A stretch of DNA of 64,000 bases from the human T2T-CHM13v2.0 reference genome, Homo sapiens. Positions 17,436 through 29,469 of this stretch are shown here, one piece after another. Location of the stretch: NCBI RefSeq assembly GCF_009914755.1, contig NC_060926.1. One strand, written 5' to 3'. Under the pieces are notes generated by a model. It was not told where the DNA came from. It was given only the letters and a program-made list of their open reading frames with translations, and searched no databases. Numbering within the stretch: position 1 is the stretch's first letter; every line of letters begins with the position of its first letter. The translations under genes and the position numbers were made by a program.

Positions 17436-17515
17436 GGTACAGGACAGCCAGCGTCATCATTGCTTTGACTGATGGAGAACTCCATGAAGATCTCTTTTTC
17501 TATTCAGAGAGGGAG
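17436..17515 (+). CDS. ANTXR1: ANTXR1 coding exon (exon 6, 80 nt): (G)[26 protein letters not shown]; contains MIDAS Asp150
   Basis: aaacag|GG...GAG|gtaagc. Has the vWA IIALTDG motif, GAT (D150) at 17471-17473; frame is consistent. Confidence 0.97.
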
Positions 17516-20003
17516 GTAAGCAACGGCCTGGCTGTGTCTAAACATATACATGGAACGGGGCTTCTCCTTTCTAAAATGGGCCACACTCTCTCTATTCATG
17601 TGATAGGTGTTCTTTGCAAATCCCCTGAATGAAATAGAGTTTCATAAGTAGAAATAATAATAATAATTCGTGTTCTACAAGTGAATTTTCATGTTTTACA
17701 CATGGTAAATGTTTTCCCCTTTCAAAATTTTTACATATTACTCTGCTTTGAAGGATTAAAAATTCTACCCTGCCTTTATTGATGGCATTATATTGCTCTA
17801 ACAGTTTTTAAATACTGTATATCACTTGTAAACAAATAAACATTGATATAATTTTTCCTTATATTTTCTACTAAAACAGGAGGAAGGGAAAGAATTACTT
17901 GAAATATGTAAGAGCCAGTCTTGTCAGAATGTATCAATCACTGAGATTTTCACTCTAAGAACCAAAGTTAAACAGCAGTTGGTAGCAAAGTTAAATTGTC
18001 ATCTCTCTTTTAATAGTTCCTTTTTTTCTTTTTCTTTGTGTTCTCAAAAATTATTCCTCAAGGCAAGTGGAAAAATTCTCTCAATGAAGATTTTACCTTG
18101 TATAAATAGACTTAGAAAAATAAGTTTGCTGATGAATTGAAAACTAATGTTTATACTTACGAAATTCTTTTCTTTCAAGTTTCACATTTGAGCTATATGC
18201 ATAATTAGTATAAAAGGAAACAAGTTAACCATAGAAATGTACTGAAACTATAGCCTTATTAGTGACAAAGGTTCATTCAGGCCCAAGGTAGAAAGAAACA
18301 ACATCCCAGAGATGCAGGCTCTAGAAGAGGAGTTAATGGTAGCATCACACTTTCCTCAAGCTCTTAACAACTATTTACTTTAAATTCAGCTCTTTCCACA
18401 AACACAAAATATATATTCATTCATTTATTCATTCAGTGTTAACTGAGAGCTTGGCATATACTTGACCATTTGCTAGAAACTAGAGGCACAGAGGTGAGTG
18501 AGATACAGCTGCTGCCCTCGTGAGTCACCATGAAATAATGGTCAGCCCTTTGAAGCCTACACTGGCAGAGGACTTAGAGAAATTATGTAGGTAAACTCTC
18601 CTCCCACTAGTACAAAAAGTAACTCTAATGAGGAAATACACAAGGTAATATGACAGACACTCCCTGAGCATTTGGAAAATAATACATCTCTATATTTGAA
18701 AGTAGAAACTCACTATGTGATGGGAATGCAAGATGGCTTGATTGGGTGCCAAATAACAGTCAAATAAAGTAAAAACCCTAATAAGGAAAGAATTGAAACT
18801 AAAATAAATGATGGGGTGTCAGAGGCTTAAGATAGGGATTAGTGGGAAGGAATTTTAGGTATGGCACATACAAACTTGGGAAAATATTCAGAGTGCCAGT
18901 AGAAGGAGACCTTCTGAAAAAGAAAGATAAAGCTCAAGATATAAAGAAATTGAACTTTTCCCTTCTTGACAATTCTATATAAAGTCCAACTGGAGGAGAA
19001 GAATCACAGAGTTGTTGCAAATAAAGTTGAGGCTACAGTGAGTCTAAAAGTTTATTTTATCCTAAAAGCAGCAGGGAAATTTCTAACATGAAGGAAAAAA
19101 AGACATAAGTTTTTGTCCTTTCTAGAATTCAGTGTTAAACAGAAATGGATTTGAGTACTAAGAAAGGGAAAAAATAACACAATCAAAATCAATATGCATA
19201 TATTGAGCACTCGCTCTATGTTTGCTATCAGTTATTAAGCACCCACTGTAAGTGCCAAGGATTTTCAATTTTTTTTCCATTCTGAAACACAGGAGAATCT
19301 GGAAATCAGGTTATCAGAGACTTTAATAAATCAAATATTGAAGTTGAGCCAAAATCTGGGTATTATTCATTATGTTGCCATCCCAATGCTTAATTGTAGA
19401 GATCATGGATTTACCTATTCAAATATGGACCACAATTTCCATACCATTAAACCACTTTATTCTGTAGGAATGAAAGGGCTTTATTCACAAAATATGCTGA
19501 CGTTTATGAGTATCTACGTGGTTCTAGCCTTGTGTGAGGAGCTCTGTAAATGTTCTCATTTAATCCCCAAAACACAATACAGAGTAAAGCCAGGGGTCAA
19601 ACTCAACTATATCAAGTTCCAAAGGCCCCATTCTTTTGTGATATCACGCCCCCATTACAAAGAAACGTATGTCAGTAAAAATCCATCAAAGGAATGGAAA
19701 AGGTAATCATTTCCCCAGAATATTTAACTTAGTCTGCAGTTTTCCCTTCCTCCCCTCATCTTTAAGCCCTTCATCAAGACTCTACTTCAGTGTGTCTTTT
19801 CAAGTCCACCATGTGTTATGTTAGAATGTGATGTCCACTGAAGTCTGAGCTTCCTGGGGACAGGGATTGCCTTCTCCAGTATGGCACCAGGCACATGGTA
19901 GGTGCTCATTAAATACCTCATCATTGAAGTTAGTCAGGTAGCTCCAAGAGGAGTTCATTTGTCACTGCTTCTCTTTCTAATGTCCTTTCTTTCCTTTTCC
20001 CAG

Positions 20004-20072
20004 GCTAATAGGTCTCGAGATCTTGGTGCAATTGTTTACTGTGTTGGTGTGAAAGATTTCAATGAGACACAG
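20004..20072 (+). CDS. ANTXR1: ANTXR1 coding exon (exon 7, 69 nt): [23 protein letters not shown]
   Basis: Strong polypyrimidine tract, ccag|GCT...CAG|gtatgg. N-glycosylation sequons NRS and NET. Confidence 0.97.
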
Positions 20073-20355
20073 GTATGGTAATGGATTTCCTCAGGTTTGG
20101 AGCATACTGAGCTTGTGAATCATGAAGAACATGTTCAGTCAGTGCAGAGGGAAGATCAATGGAATAAATGCCCCTGAAATAGGTTATTTTTCTAGAAATG
20201 CTAAACAGGAAGGAATTACTGGTTGTGTAAGGAATATGAAGTCATTTGCTGATGCTCTTGAGGTCTTCAACACAGACCATCAAGGCAGCATCTTTCTTGG
20301 CAAACATTAAATTGCCAGGATGTCAAAAGATATCTGAATTAACTTGGAAAACGGG

Positions 20356-20691
20356 TTTTTTCTGTTTGTTTGTGTTTTGAGACAGAGTCTCACTCTGTCA
20401 CCCAGGCTGGGGTACAGTGAGCTGTCTCAGCCCACTGCAGCGTCTGCCTCCCAGGCTTAAGTGATCCTCCCGCCTCAGCCTCCTGATTAGCTTGGTATAC
20501 AGGTGCACATCCTGAATAGCTGGGACTACAGACACACACCATCACACTTGGCTACTTTTTTTTAAATTTTTGTAAAGATAAAGCCTCACTGTATTGCCCA
20601 GGCTGGTCTCTAACTCCTGGGCTCAAGTGATCCTCCCAACATGGCCTCCTAAAGTGTTGAGATTATAGGCATGAGCCACCACACCCGGGCC
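20356..20691 (-). mobile_element. AluJ with a ~29-nt internal tandem duplication (20481-20538)
   Basis: Antisense Alu; tcctgattagcttggtatacaggtgcaca is followed by tcctgaatagctgggactacagacacaca. Confidence 0.9.
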
Positions 20692-21821
20692 AAATTTAAT
20701 TTGACAAGTATGATTTTCTTATTCAAATAACAAATGTTCCTTTTCACCCATGAAAAACGCAAAGTATTTTCAACACAAAAATATGGAAATAATTGGACAA
20801 GTGGGCAAAAAAATGTGTATAGGTGCATATAATAAGCAAGTTGTAAAAGCTTACTAGCAATCTAAATACATGTACCTCAATGTAGTTCATCGTTTCTTTT
20901 TGTTTTAATGGCATAGGAAAATGCTCATGATATATCATTAAGTGAATAAAACAAAATTACAAAGCAGTGAGAATAGTATGTGCTCACTTCTAAAATAGAC
21001 ATTTGTATGTTCACATAGAAAAAGTATGAACAGTGTCTATCAAATGGCTAATAAAGATAGATAGATGATAGATGAACAGAGAGGATTATGAGTAACGTTT
21101 GTTTTCTTTTTGTTTTAACTCTCCTGGATTTTCCTAAGTTTTTACAATGAGTAAGTATTACTTTTGCAATCAGTAAAAACAATAAAACATATTTTTTTAG
21201 AAGCCATACACAACAGCTGACACTGACTCTGTGGCAGTCACAGAACCACACAGAGATCTGGGGGCAGACAAGCCCTACATCGGCTTCTCCTGGCCCTCAG
21301 TTTCCTGCTACATAAAGCAGGAGCAGCCAAACCAACTGCAAGGGCCCTTTCCTTAATGGGCAGTTTGGGTGAAAGGTGAAGGTGGCCTCACCCAACACCA
21401 AAGCTTGAATTTAAATTTGCTCTGAAAGGGAACTTGAATCTGCTTGATTCAGATAAAGTTGCCAACAGGAATTTGGGTGAAGGGGAGAAAAATGAGCCCA
21501 TGGCCTGTGCCCAAATTTATAAACATATCAACCCAGGCCAAGCGTTCATCAAGCTGGGCGCTCTTACCTCTGCTCCCGAGGAGAAAAGTATTGAAACAAA
21601 TGTAAAAGCTGGAGCCAACCCTTGGCCTGCTCCAGAGAGGCCACTGGTGAGCTTGTTATTACTGATGGCTTTTCAGGGCAGCCCCTGAGCCCAGTGAAGG
21701 CCTCATATTCCCCTGGGTTCTGAATATAACTAGAGCCCCTTAGCCCCAACGGCTTTCCTAAATTTTCCACATCCAAGCCTAACAGTCTCCCCATGTGTTT
21801 GTGTATTTGCTGTGTTCTCAG

Positions 21822-21902
21822 CTGGCCCGGATTGCGGACAGTAAGGATCATGTGTTTCCCGTGAATGACGGCTTTCAGGCTCTGCAAGGCATCATCCACT
21901 CA
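21822..21902 (+). CDS. ANTXR1: ANTXR1 coding exon (exon 8, 81 nt): [27 protein letters not shown]
   Basis: ttctcag|CTG...TCA|gtaagt. The peptide is visible inside ORF 21795..22112. Confidence 0.97.
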
Positions 21903-22304
21903 GTAAGTAGAGCTCTTCCTCTGAGACTAGACATTCAGGCACCTTCCGTCTCTGATCTGCTATTAATACCCCAATTCCATCTCTCAAAGCCTGGTGTTTT
22001 TCTGCTTAAGAGAACATCATTTCTTCCTATATCTTTGTGTCTGCCACGTCCCATCTCTCCCTTCTGCCTTTTACACATCTTTTCTCAATTGTACCCTGCA
22101 GTGGAAAATTAACAATTGAAAGGGGCGCTACTCTGGCAGTGAGCCAGGCTTCAGGAGGCCCTCTCCGTTCTCCTAACTGGGCAGACTGTGGCTGGTGGTT
22201 TACGCTTGACCACCTCAGCTTTCCCATTGTGACTGAACACAAGCTGCCTTCAGAGCACTTGTAGGCTTGGACTTATATCACTTGGCCATTGGATGCACTT
22301 TAGA

Positions 22305-22437
22305 CCAGGCTGTCCATTGAAGTCATCTGCAGAGATTTAAAAAGCACTGCTGCCTAGGCATCTGGTCTGGGGTGCAGCCTGGACCTCAAGAGTTTCTTTA
22401 ACTCTCCCCAGGTGATTTTAATGTTGAGACCCACTGC
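22305..22437. mobile_element. MER5-type hAT-Charlie MITE
   Basis: ggtctggggtgcagcctgg...ccccaggtgattttaatgttgagacccactg resembles MER5A. Confidence 0.6.
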
Positions 22438-25400
22438 TTTCGACCTATAATCCCCAAATACATGGGCTCCAGTGTTGTCCAGGGTTTGCACGGTCACCAG
22501 TCCTCCTTCACACATAGGTGATTTTCTTCACACCTTTTCCTGAATAGTAAACAGGACACTGGCTTCCAGGGCCTCTATTCTCCACCTCCCATACACAGGC
22601 AAGGCCCTTGGTCCAAATAGAATATTGGATGCTACTGTCTTAAAGCCTCAGCCAGCAGGTCAGTATGTGTGCTGCACCTGCAATGATGTTCAGATGCTCT
22701 GCAGCCTCCACCATTAGGTTTTGTGATCAGGCAGGCATCTGTGATCTTCACTGGCAGCTTACCAGGCTACAGACTTGGGGTCCAGGATGCAAATTCAGAG
22801 CTCAGGGGATCACTTTCCTCTTAAGACATCAAGGGGGTCTTGATCCAGGGGTTACCGGCCAAGGGCTCAGCATCTGCCAGCCCTCCCAGACCAACCCAGG
22901 AAAATTCCAGCATGGCTGTGCCTCCATGCTGCTCTCCCTTCAGGGTTTGCTAGGAGCTCCAGCAGAGTGGAATGCAGAGTGGGAAGTAAGAAGCTCAGAG
23001 CCCGGCAACCCAGAGTTTCATTGGCCCACGTACTTAACACTTAGAGATCCTTGGACATTTCTTGTTTGGAAACAGGGACTGATGATGACTTACATCATAG
23101 GCTTGTTTGAGGATTACAAGGATTACTGGTGAAAATGCCTAATATTTTTCCAGACATACAATAGGCACTCAAGGCATATGAATTATTGCCTCTTCCACTT
23201 CTCTTCCCTATCATATGACGGATATTAATGTCAGCTTCCTTTGATCCCCTAAACATTCTTGAATATGCATAAAAATCACTTGAGAATTATGTTTGTAATA
23301 CCTATTCCCAAGAGATTCTATTGCATTGAGTTTCAGATGGATCCAAGGGATCCATATATTTCAAATCTGCTTTTTTTTTTAAGTGCCCCAGGTATGCTTT
23401 TAGAACATTGACATATCTGACCTTAAGAATACAGAATTGCAAAAATTCATCCCACCTCAGGTTGGGAATTTCTGTCTTAATTATGTTCCAATGACAGTTG
23501 TTTTATTCAAGAAGTGCTTGTTTGCAAAGAATATATGCCTCCTCAAGCTACCTTAACCAGAAAGTGGAAATTATTGATAGCATAGAGAATTATCAGACCC
23601 AGTTGTCAGTCCACAGGTGAAGGACTCCTACTCTAAATTATTTCTGGGGTCACTGTGGCATACTTGACAGTGTAAGCAACAAGAACTACAATAACCATGT
23701 AAAACAACAACCCAAGGGATGCAAAACATGATTAATAGCAGGACTGGGGGCCGATCATGGATCCTTAAGAAGCTCAGAGGTGGATTATTCTGGGCAGGAG
23801 TCCTCATGAGAAGGCAGCGCAGACCCGAATCATTGAAAAACCAGGGAAAGGTGATGGGTACCACCAAAGGAGAGATATTATGACCTCAACCTAGAGGCTG
23901 GAAGACAGAAAAGCATACTCAGGGGTCAATAATAATAATAATACCTATCTATCTAGTGGGACAGTTTGGGTAAAGGAGTCAGGAGTAATGGAAAATAAGC
24001 CTAGACATTGGGTTGAAACCAGATTAACATGAGCCTCGAAGGGGTTTTGCCTCTAACCTATAGGCAGTGGGTGTAGTTACTGAAACAAGTTAAGAAAATA
24101 ATCTGATGGCAGTGCTTGCATACGTGGGAGGGAGACTGGGGATACCCAGAGACTGTAGGCCAATTAGGAGGCAATAGTCCTGCCTTAAGATGGCTAGATT
24201 CTGAAAAGGGACAACTCTTATCTGTTCAGACGTTCTTATGAGCCGTGTGCCTAACTCCAAGTGTTGTTTCCCACATAGATGATTGGACTCTTTTTGTATG
24301 CATAAATCAGTGTTGTCCTTGAATACATCAGCCTTAGCAACTCACCCAAGCTCAACATGAGCCCAAATGTTTGTAAAACTTCCTCCATCCCCAAATGGAA
24401 ATAACTGCAAAGATCTTTAAGAAATTTTAGCGAAACTATCGTTCAAAATAGAAAGAAAACTAATTTGAGACTTTAGTCTCCAAACTTTTAGCTGAATGAT
24501 AACATTCCTGTGAGCTTTTATCTGTGAGTTATGCTAGTGGTTTTGATCCTTCCAGTACTCGAAACCCATGTTTATGGCAGTTGTTCATTCGTTTGCTTGG
24601 ACAGAGAAACAGGGACAAGTAGAGCGAGCTCATCTTTCTTAAATCAGACAGAAATAATTACGGCCTAAAAGTTGGCTAACTATTTTTAAGAAGTAGATTC
24701 ATTTCCCCTTTTGGATACTGAAAAGAAAACTCTCAATTTCCCCCCCATCTGAAGCCTCTATCCCAGCTTGTTCCCATGAATGTTGTTTTGTGGCTGGTTA
24801 TTTTCTCATAATAAAATAGGACTGGGCTTAATTATCCAAAATAAGATTGCAGAGCAGCTTCTGATAAGCTCAAATTCTTCACAAAGTTTTCTGCCCATAA
24901 TGCTCATATTTTTAAACCTTAAATTAATATGCAGGGGCTAGTATTTATTCATACATCAAATACTTATTGAAAATCTTTTATGGCAGGCTCTGACCATTCA
25001 GTAACAACTAAAGCAGGTAGAGGCTCTGTCCTGGTAGAGCTTACAATCCAGTGGGAGAGACACATTAAAAACAAGTAAATAAATAATCATGTGGAATTAA
25101 AATTGTGATAACAGGAATAAAAGAAATAACATGGCCATGAGATTAAGAGTAAAAGGGTTGACAAAGAACCCAGGTTCCTTTGAAGAGATGAACTGAAGGA
25201 CGTAATGGAGCCATCCATTGGAAGGGCATGGATAGAATGTTCTTGGCAGAGCACGGCCCAGTACAGTGCATAGGAGAATGAAAGACCAATGCTTAAAGTG
25301 AAGAAAGGCAGAAGATGACATGAAGAAGCAGGCAGAAGCTAAATCCAAGGACAATAGGAAACTATAGCTAGGTACAGAGTCTGACAATAGAGCAATCAGG

Positions 25401-25519
25401 CTTGAAATCAAGACTCAGGAAATCTAGACATCATGGCACTCAGAATCAATAGCATTTCGGCCTTTGAAGAAGAAAACTCACTATGACTTGAACACGTTCT
25501 CTCTATTAGCGCCTCTGCC

Positions 25520-26430
25520 AGGCACTTAACCACCACTCTCTGAAGAAGGATTTATTATCCCCATTTTATAGATGAGGAAACTGAGGTGCAAGAAGGTTGG
25601 AGAAACTGCCCTCAGGTCTGCCCTCTTATAATGGTGGAGTGGGGAATTTGAACTCAGCTCTGGTTCCAAAGATTCTGCTCTTTTCATGACATTTGGCCAT
25701 AAATGTCTGAGGAAATGGAAAATCACCACTGGATTACCAGAAGCCAGTTGCCCAGGGCTTGGATTCATCAAATCCCCAGATGCTCTGCTTCCTCAATCTG
25801 ATGCTCATGTTTTGATCTTTCCACTGTTCTTCAATCCTCTCTCCTTCAAGAGGAAGTACTTATGTGTCAGATTTTTTCAAAATGTTCCCACTTGTTTTCC
25901 ATTTTAGTTTCTTAACTGAGAGGGATAGGAAAAGGGCAGAAGGAAATTAACAGCTGTAGAGAACTTACTTTGGAACCAGACATTATCCCTTTTTCCCATA
26001 TAATATTATTTCATTTAAAAATCATAACAATGCTGCAAAATAAATATTCCTATTCCAATGTTACAGATGAAGAAACTGAAGCTCAGATAACCTGCCCAAG
26101 ACCACACAGCCCTAAGGGGGAAAGCAGGGTTAGAACCCACTTTTTCCTTGACTCTAGAGCCCATGATTTTTCCTACCTCTATTTTCTTAGGAAGCTAAAA
26201 ATAATCAAAACCACCATTCAGTGAGTTCGTACTATGTGCCAGGTACTGTGCAAATCATTTCACATAATCATCTCCTTGAATCCTCACAGGTGCCATTTGA
26301 TGTAGAAATCATTACCCCTTTTATAGAAGTAGATACTAAAAGTTCAGAGAGATTCACCAACTTGTCCAAGGCCACACAGCACAGTGAGTAGTGATCCCGA
26401 ATAGACTCAAGTCTTTCTAATGCCCACGAT
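25520..26430 (-). mobile_element. Cluster of three MIR fragments
   Basis: Antisense cores cccattttatagatgaggaaactgagg, ttacagatgaagaaactgaagctcag and cttgtccaaggccacacagc. Confidence 0.7.
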
Positions 26431-29005
26431 GTGAATGCCCACTGTGTTCTACTAAACAATGCAGGCAGGCCAGGAAGTAGCTCCATTTCAGAGAGGAAGA
26501 CACTGAGGACTGAAAACGTGAACTGGCTTGACAGAGGCAAGACCAGAATCCATGTGGCCTGATCTGAATACACCGTGGATGGGCAGGGGAGCACTTTGCC
26601 TCTTACTACCAGGTAGAGACCACCTCCAGAAATCATTACTGCCCAACGGATGAAGTACCATCGTCCTGAGAAGCTGGAGAATTGACACAGGCTGCAAGGA
26701 ACATCTCCCCTTCCACACTTGCACAGGACTCTACCTCTGAGCACCACGACAGTTTTCCCACTCGCTTCTGCAGAATATGGTGATAAAATTACAAGAAGAA
26801 GTCTGGATGGCTGGAAGATTGTAGCCCTTGAAGCCAGTAACACTGTAAAGGAAGAAACTATTCCTGTGCCTTCTCATATTGTGGCTTCTTCAGGGAATTT
26901 CCACCGACCACAACTGGTGAATTTAGCACCAGCCCTCGAGCAAAAGTATGAAGCAAAGGTCCAGCAAGGCTCCTGGGTCTTTGCTTGCCTTTTCAAAAGT
27001 GTTTCAGGCAGTGAAACAGGAACCCGCATAAAAGCTGGGTTCAGATAACACCGAGATGGGTCAGCAGCTTTGAATCCCAACACTCGGCCTGGTTACCGTG
27101 ATGCCAGCTCCTCCTCCCAGCTATCCCCACTTGGTGTGCAACTGAGGGTGGTGCCTGAAACCAAGGACACTGTCTGAAAAGGAGAGCCCACAGCTGCTGG
27201 CACCAAGCCATCTCCATCTAGGAGAATTTCCCTCGAATAAATATTTAAGCCGACATCAGGCTTCCTGTTAAGGAGAGTGAGTCAGCACATAGAGCTTTCT
27301 GCATGTTTGATCAACAATAAACAACAAGCATTGAGCAAACACAACTATGTTTGCAAGGATTTCTCGCAAGCTGTGGCATGACCATCCTTGTTATCAGGGA
27401 AACTGTGAGATCAACGGAACCGAGGAATCAATCTATTCCATGGTATATATAAATTTATTTTATTTATGAAAACCAGATCCTGTGCTGATTTGTCCCTTCC
27501 ACTCATGGGAAGCAATGTAATCCCCTAATCTGGCCCAGGCCCTAACAAAGCTGTGATAAAAGGTGAAATCTGTCTTCCAGGCTTGCCTCCCAGCTACTCT
27601 TCCAAGACCCCAACAGGAACTGCAAAGGGTTTTCCTGTGATCAGAATTCATGTCACATTCCCAAAGTCCTGGAAAGTGTCTGCCTTATTGAACTAATCCC
27701 TTTTCCAGGGCTAGCAGATGGGGAGGCACATTTCAGCAGCAGCAGCTCTTCTCATAAATCAGGCTTGTTGGTCACTGGAGGCAACCTCCTTCCCTTCCTT
27801 CGCCCCATCTGAATCCTGTCCAAAGGCACCCTTCAGTCTTCCCATCTCTACAAAGCCTGCCCTGCTCTCTCCTCTTCCATGAGCTCTCCCTGCCTTGGAC
27901 TCCAGTGGCACCAATTTTTTGAAGCTCTTGCTTGGCATGTGGATCTGTTCCATGCCTCTGCCATTCCTCCTGGTCACATGCTAAGTTGTGCAATCCCAAA
28001 GACTGCCCTATGTGTCATATTTCCCATGATATGCAGCCCTGTGCTTTGCATATTTATTAATTATAAAGCAACCCAGAGTACCATAGAGCTTTTGTGACCC
28101 AGGGAAGACCTACACTGCACAACAAGAGGGCAGTCTGTGGCTCCGTTTCTTGTAAAATCCCCTCAGCCTCTCCCCTCCCCTCTCTTCCAAGATTGCATCT
28201 GTAAAACATGGCATTCTGGGCACCATTCACATTAGCAGGCTTGGATACGAAACATAAATAGAATCAATTGTAATTTCTGTAGTGGGCAGAGAATCTTTTT
28301 TCAAAAAAATCTTTTGCCTCAGCAGTCATTAATTAGACTCAGATTTTGCAGACACTCAGACCAGGCATTTCTCCTACACTATTATTTCTATTCAGCTTAT
28401 TAAAAAGTCCAAATTGAACAAGAATTCCCAGAGCTTGAACAGGCTACAAAGATTGCAGAGGGGCATGTTCAGTTAATCCTCAGATCATTCCTATTCTTCC
28501 TGCAGCCCCTCCTCCTATATTGAGGAATCTGCTGAGACCCACTATAAAAGCAACAGCAGAATTTTAGAACGAAATCAGCTCCCAAGAAAGGCCACTCACT
28601 TTTCCAGTCTGCTCATCTTACTAAATAAACCACATTTTGAAGTTCCCAGCTCTCTGAGCTTTTCTCCTGCAGACATGAGAAGAAAGTGGTTTAGTGGGGA
28701 AACAAATGAATTTCCTACTTTTAGAACCTTGTTTATCCTACACTCCTTTGGATCGGATTCTCATTGAGTGTGAAACTAACAGAGTAGCATCTATTTAAGT
28801 GAGTGGGGTGCCCTCCCTCAGACAAAAACTTTGGCATGTTTTAAGAATAAGCTTTATTGTTTAAGATACACAAACTGCTTCAAAATGTGTTTTGTTGCAT
28901 GTAAGCGTGGTATAATGTATTTGGTATAGTGTATTAGTGTACATAAAATCATATATGAATCCCAGAAATACGTGTGTATAATATTCCATATTTGTATTTG
29001 TAAAG

Positions 29006-29145
29006 TTTTTTTTTTTTTTTTTTTTTTTAGAGATGGGGTCTTGCTATGTTGCCCAGGCTGGTCTCAAACTCCTGGCCCCAAGCAATTCTCTCACCTTCAC
29101 CTCCCAAAATGCTGGACTTACAGGCATGAGCCACTGCACGTGGCC
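29006..29145 (-). mobile_element. FLAM (free left Alu monomer)
   Basis: Poly-T then agagatggggtcttgctatgttgcccaggctggtctcaaactcctgg...; single monomer. Confidence 0.85.
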
Positions 29146-29253
29146 ATATTCCATTTTTATTTAAAGTCAGATTCTATAGAACTGACATGGATCTGGGGTA
29201 ATGTCCATGGTTAACAATATGTGTGCCTATTAAAGTGTGGAGAATTTAGTTAG

Positions 29254-29469
<216 letters not shown>

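Noticed and set aside
26268-27048. Overlapping 191-aa (-) and 109-aa (+) ORFs
   Set aside because: Partly MIR-derived, no recognisable protein family, non-ATG starts; consistent with chance.
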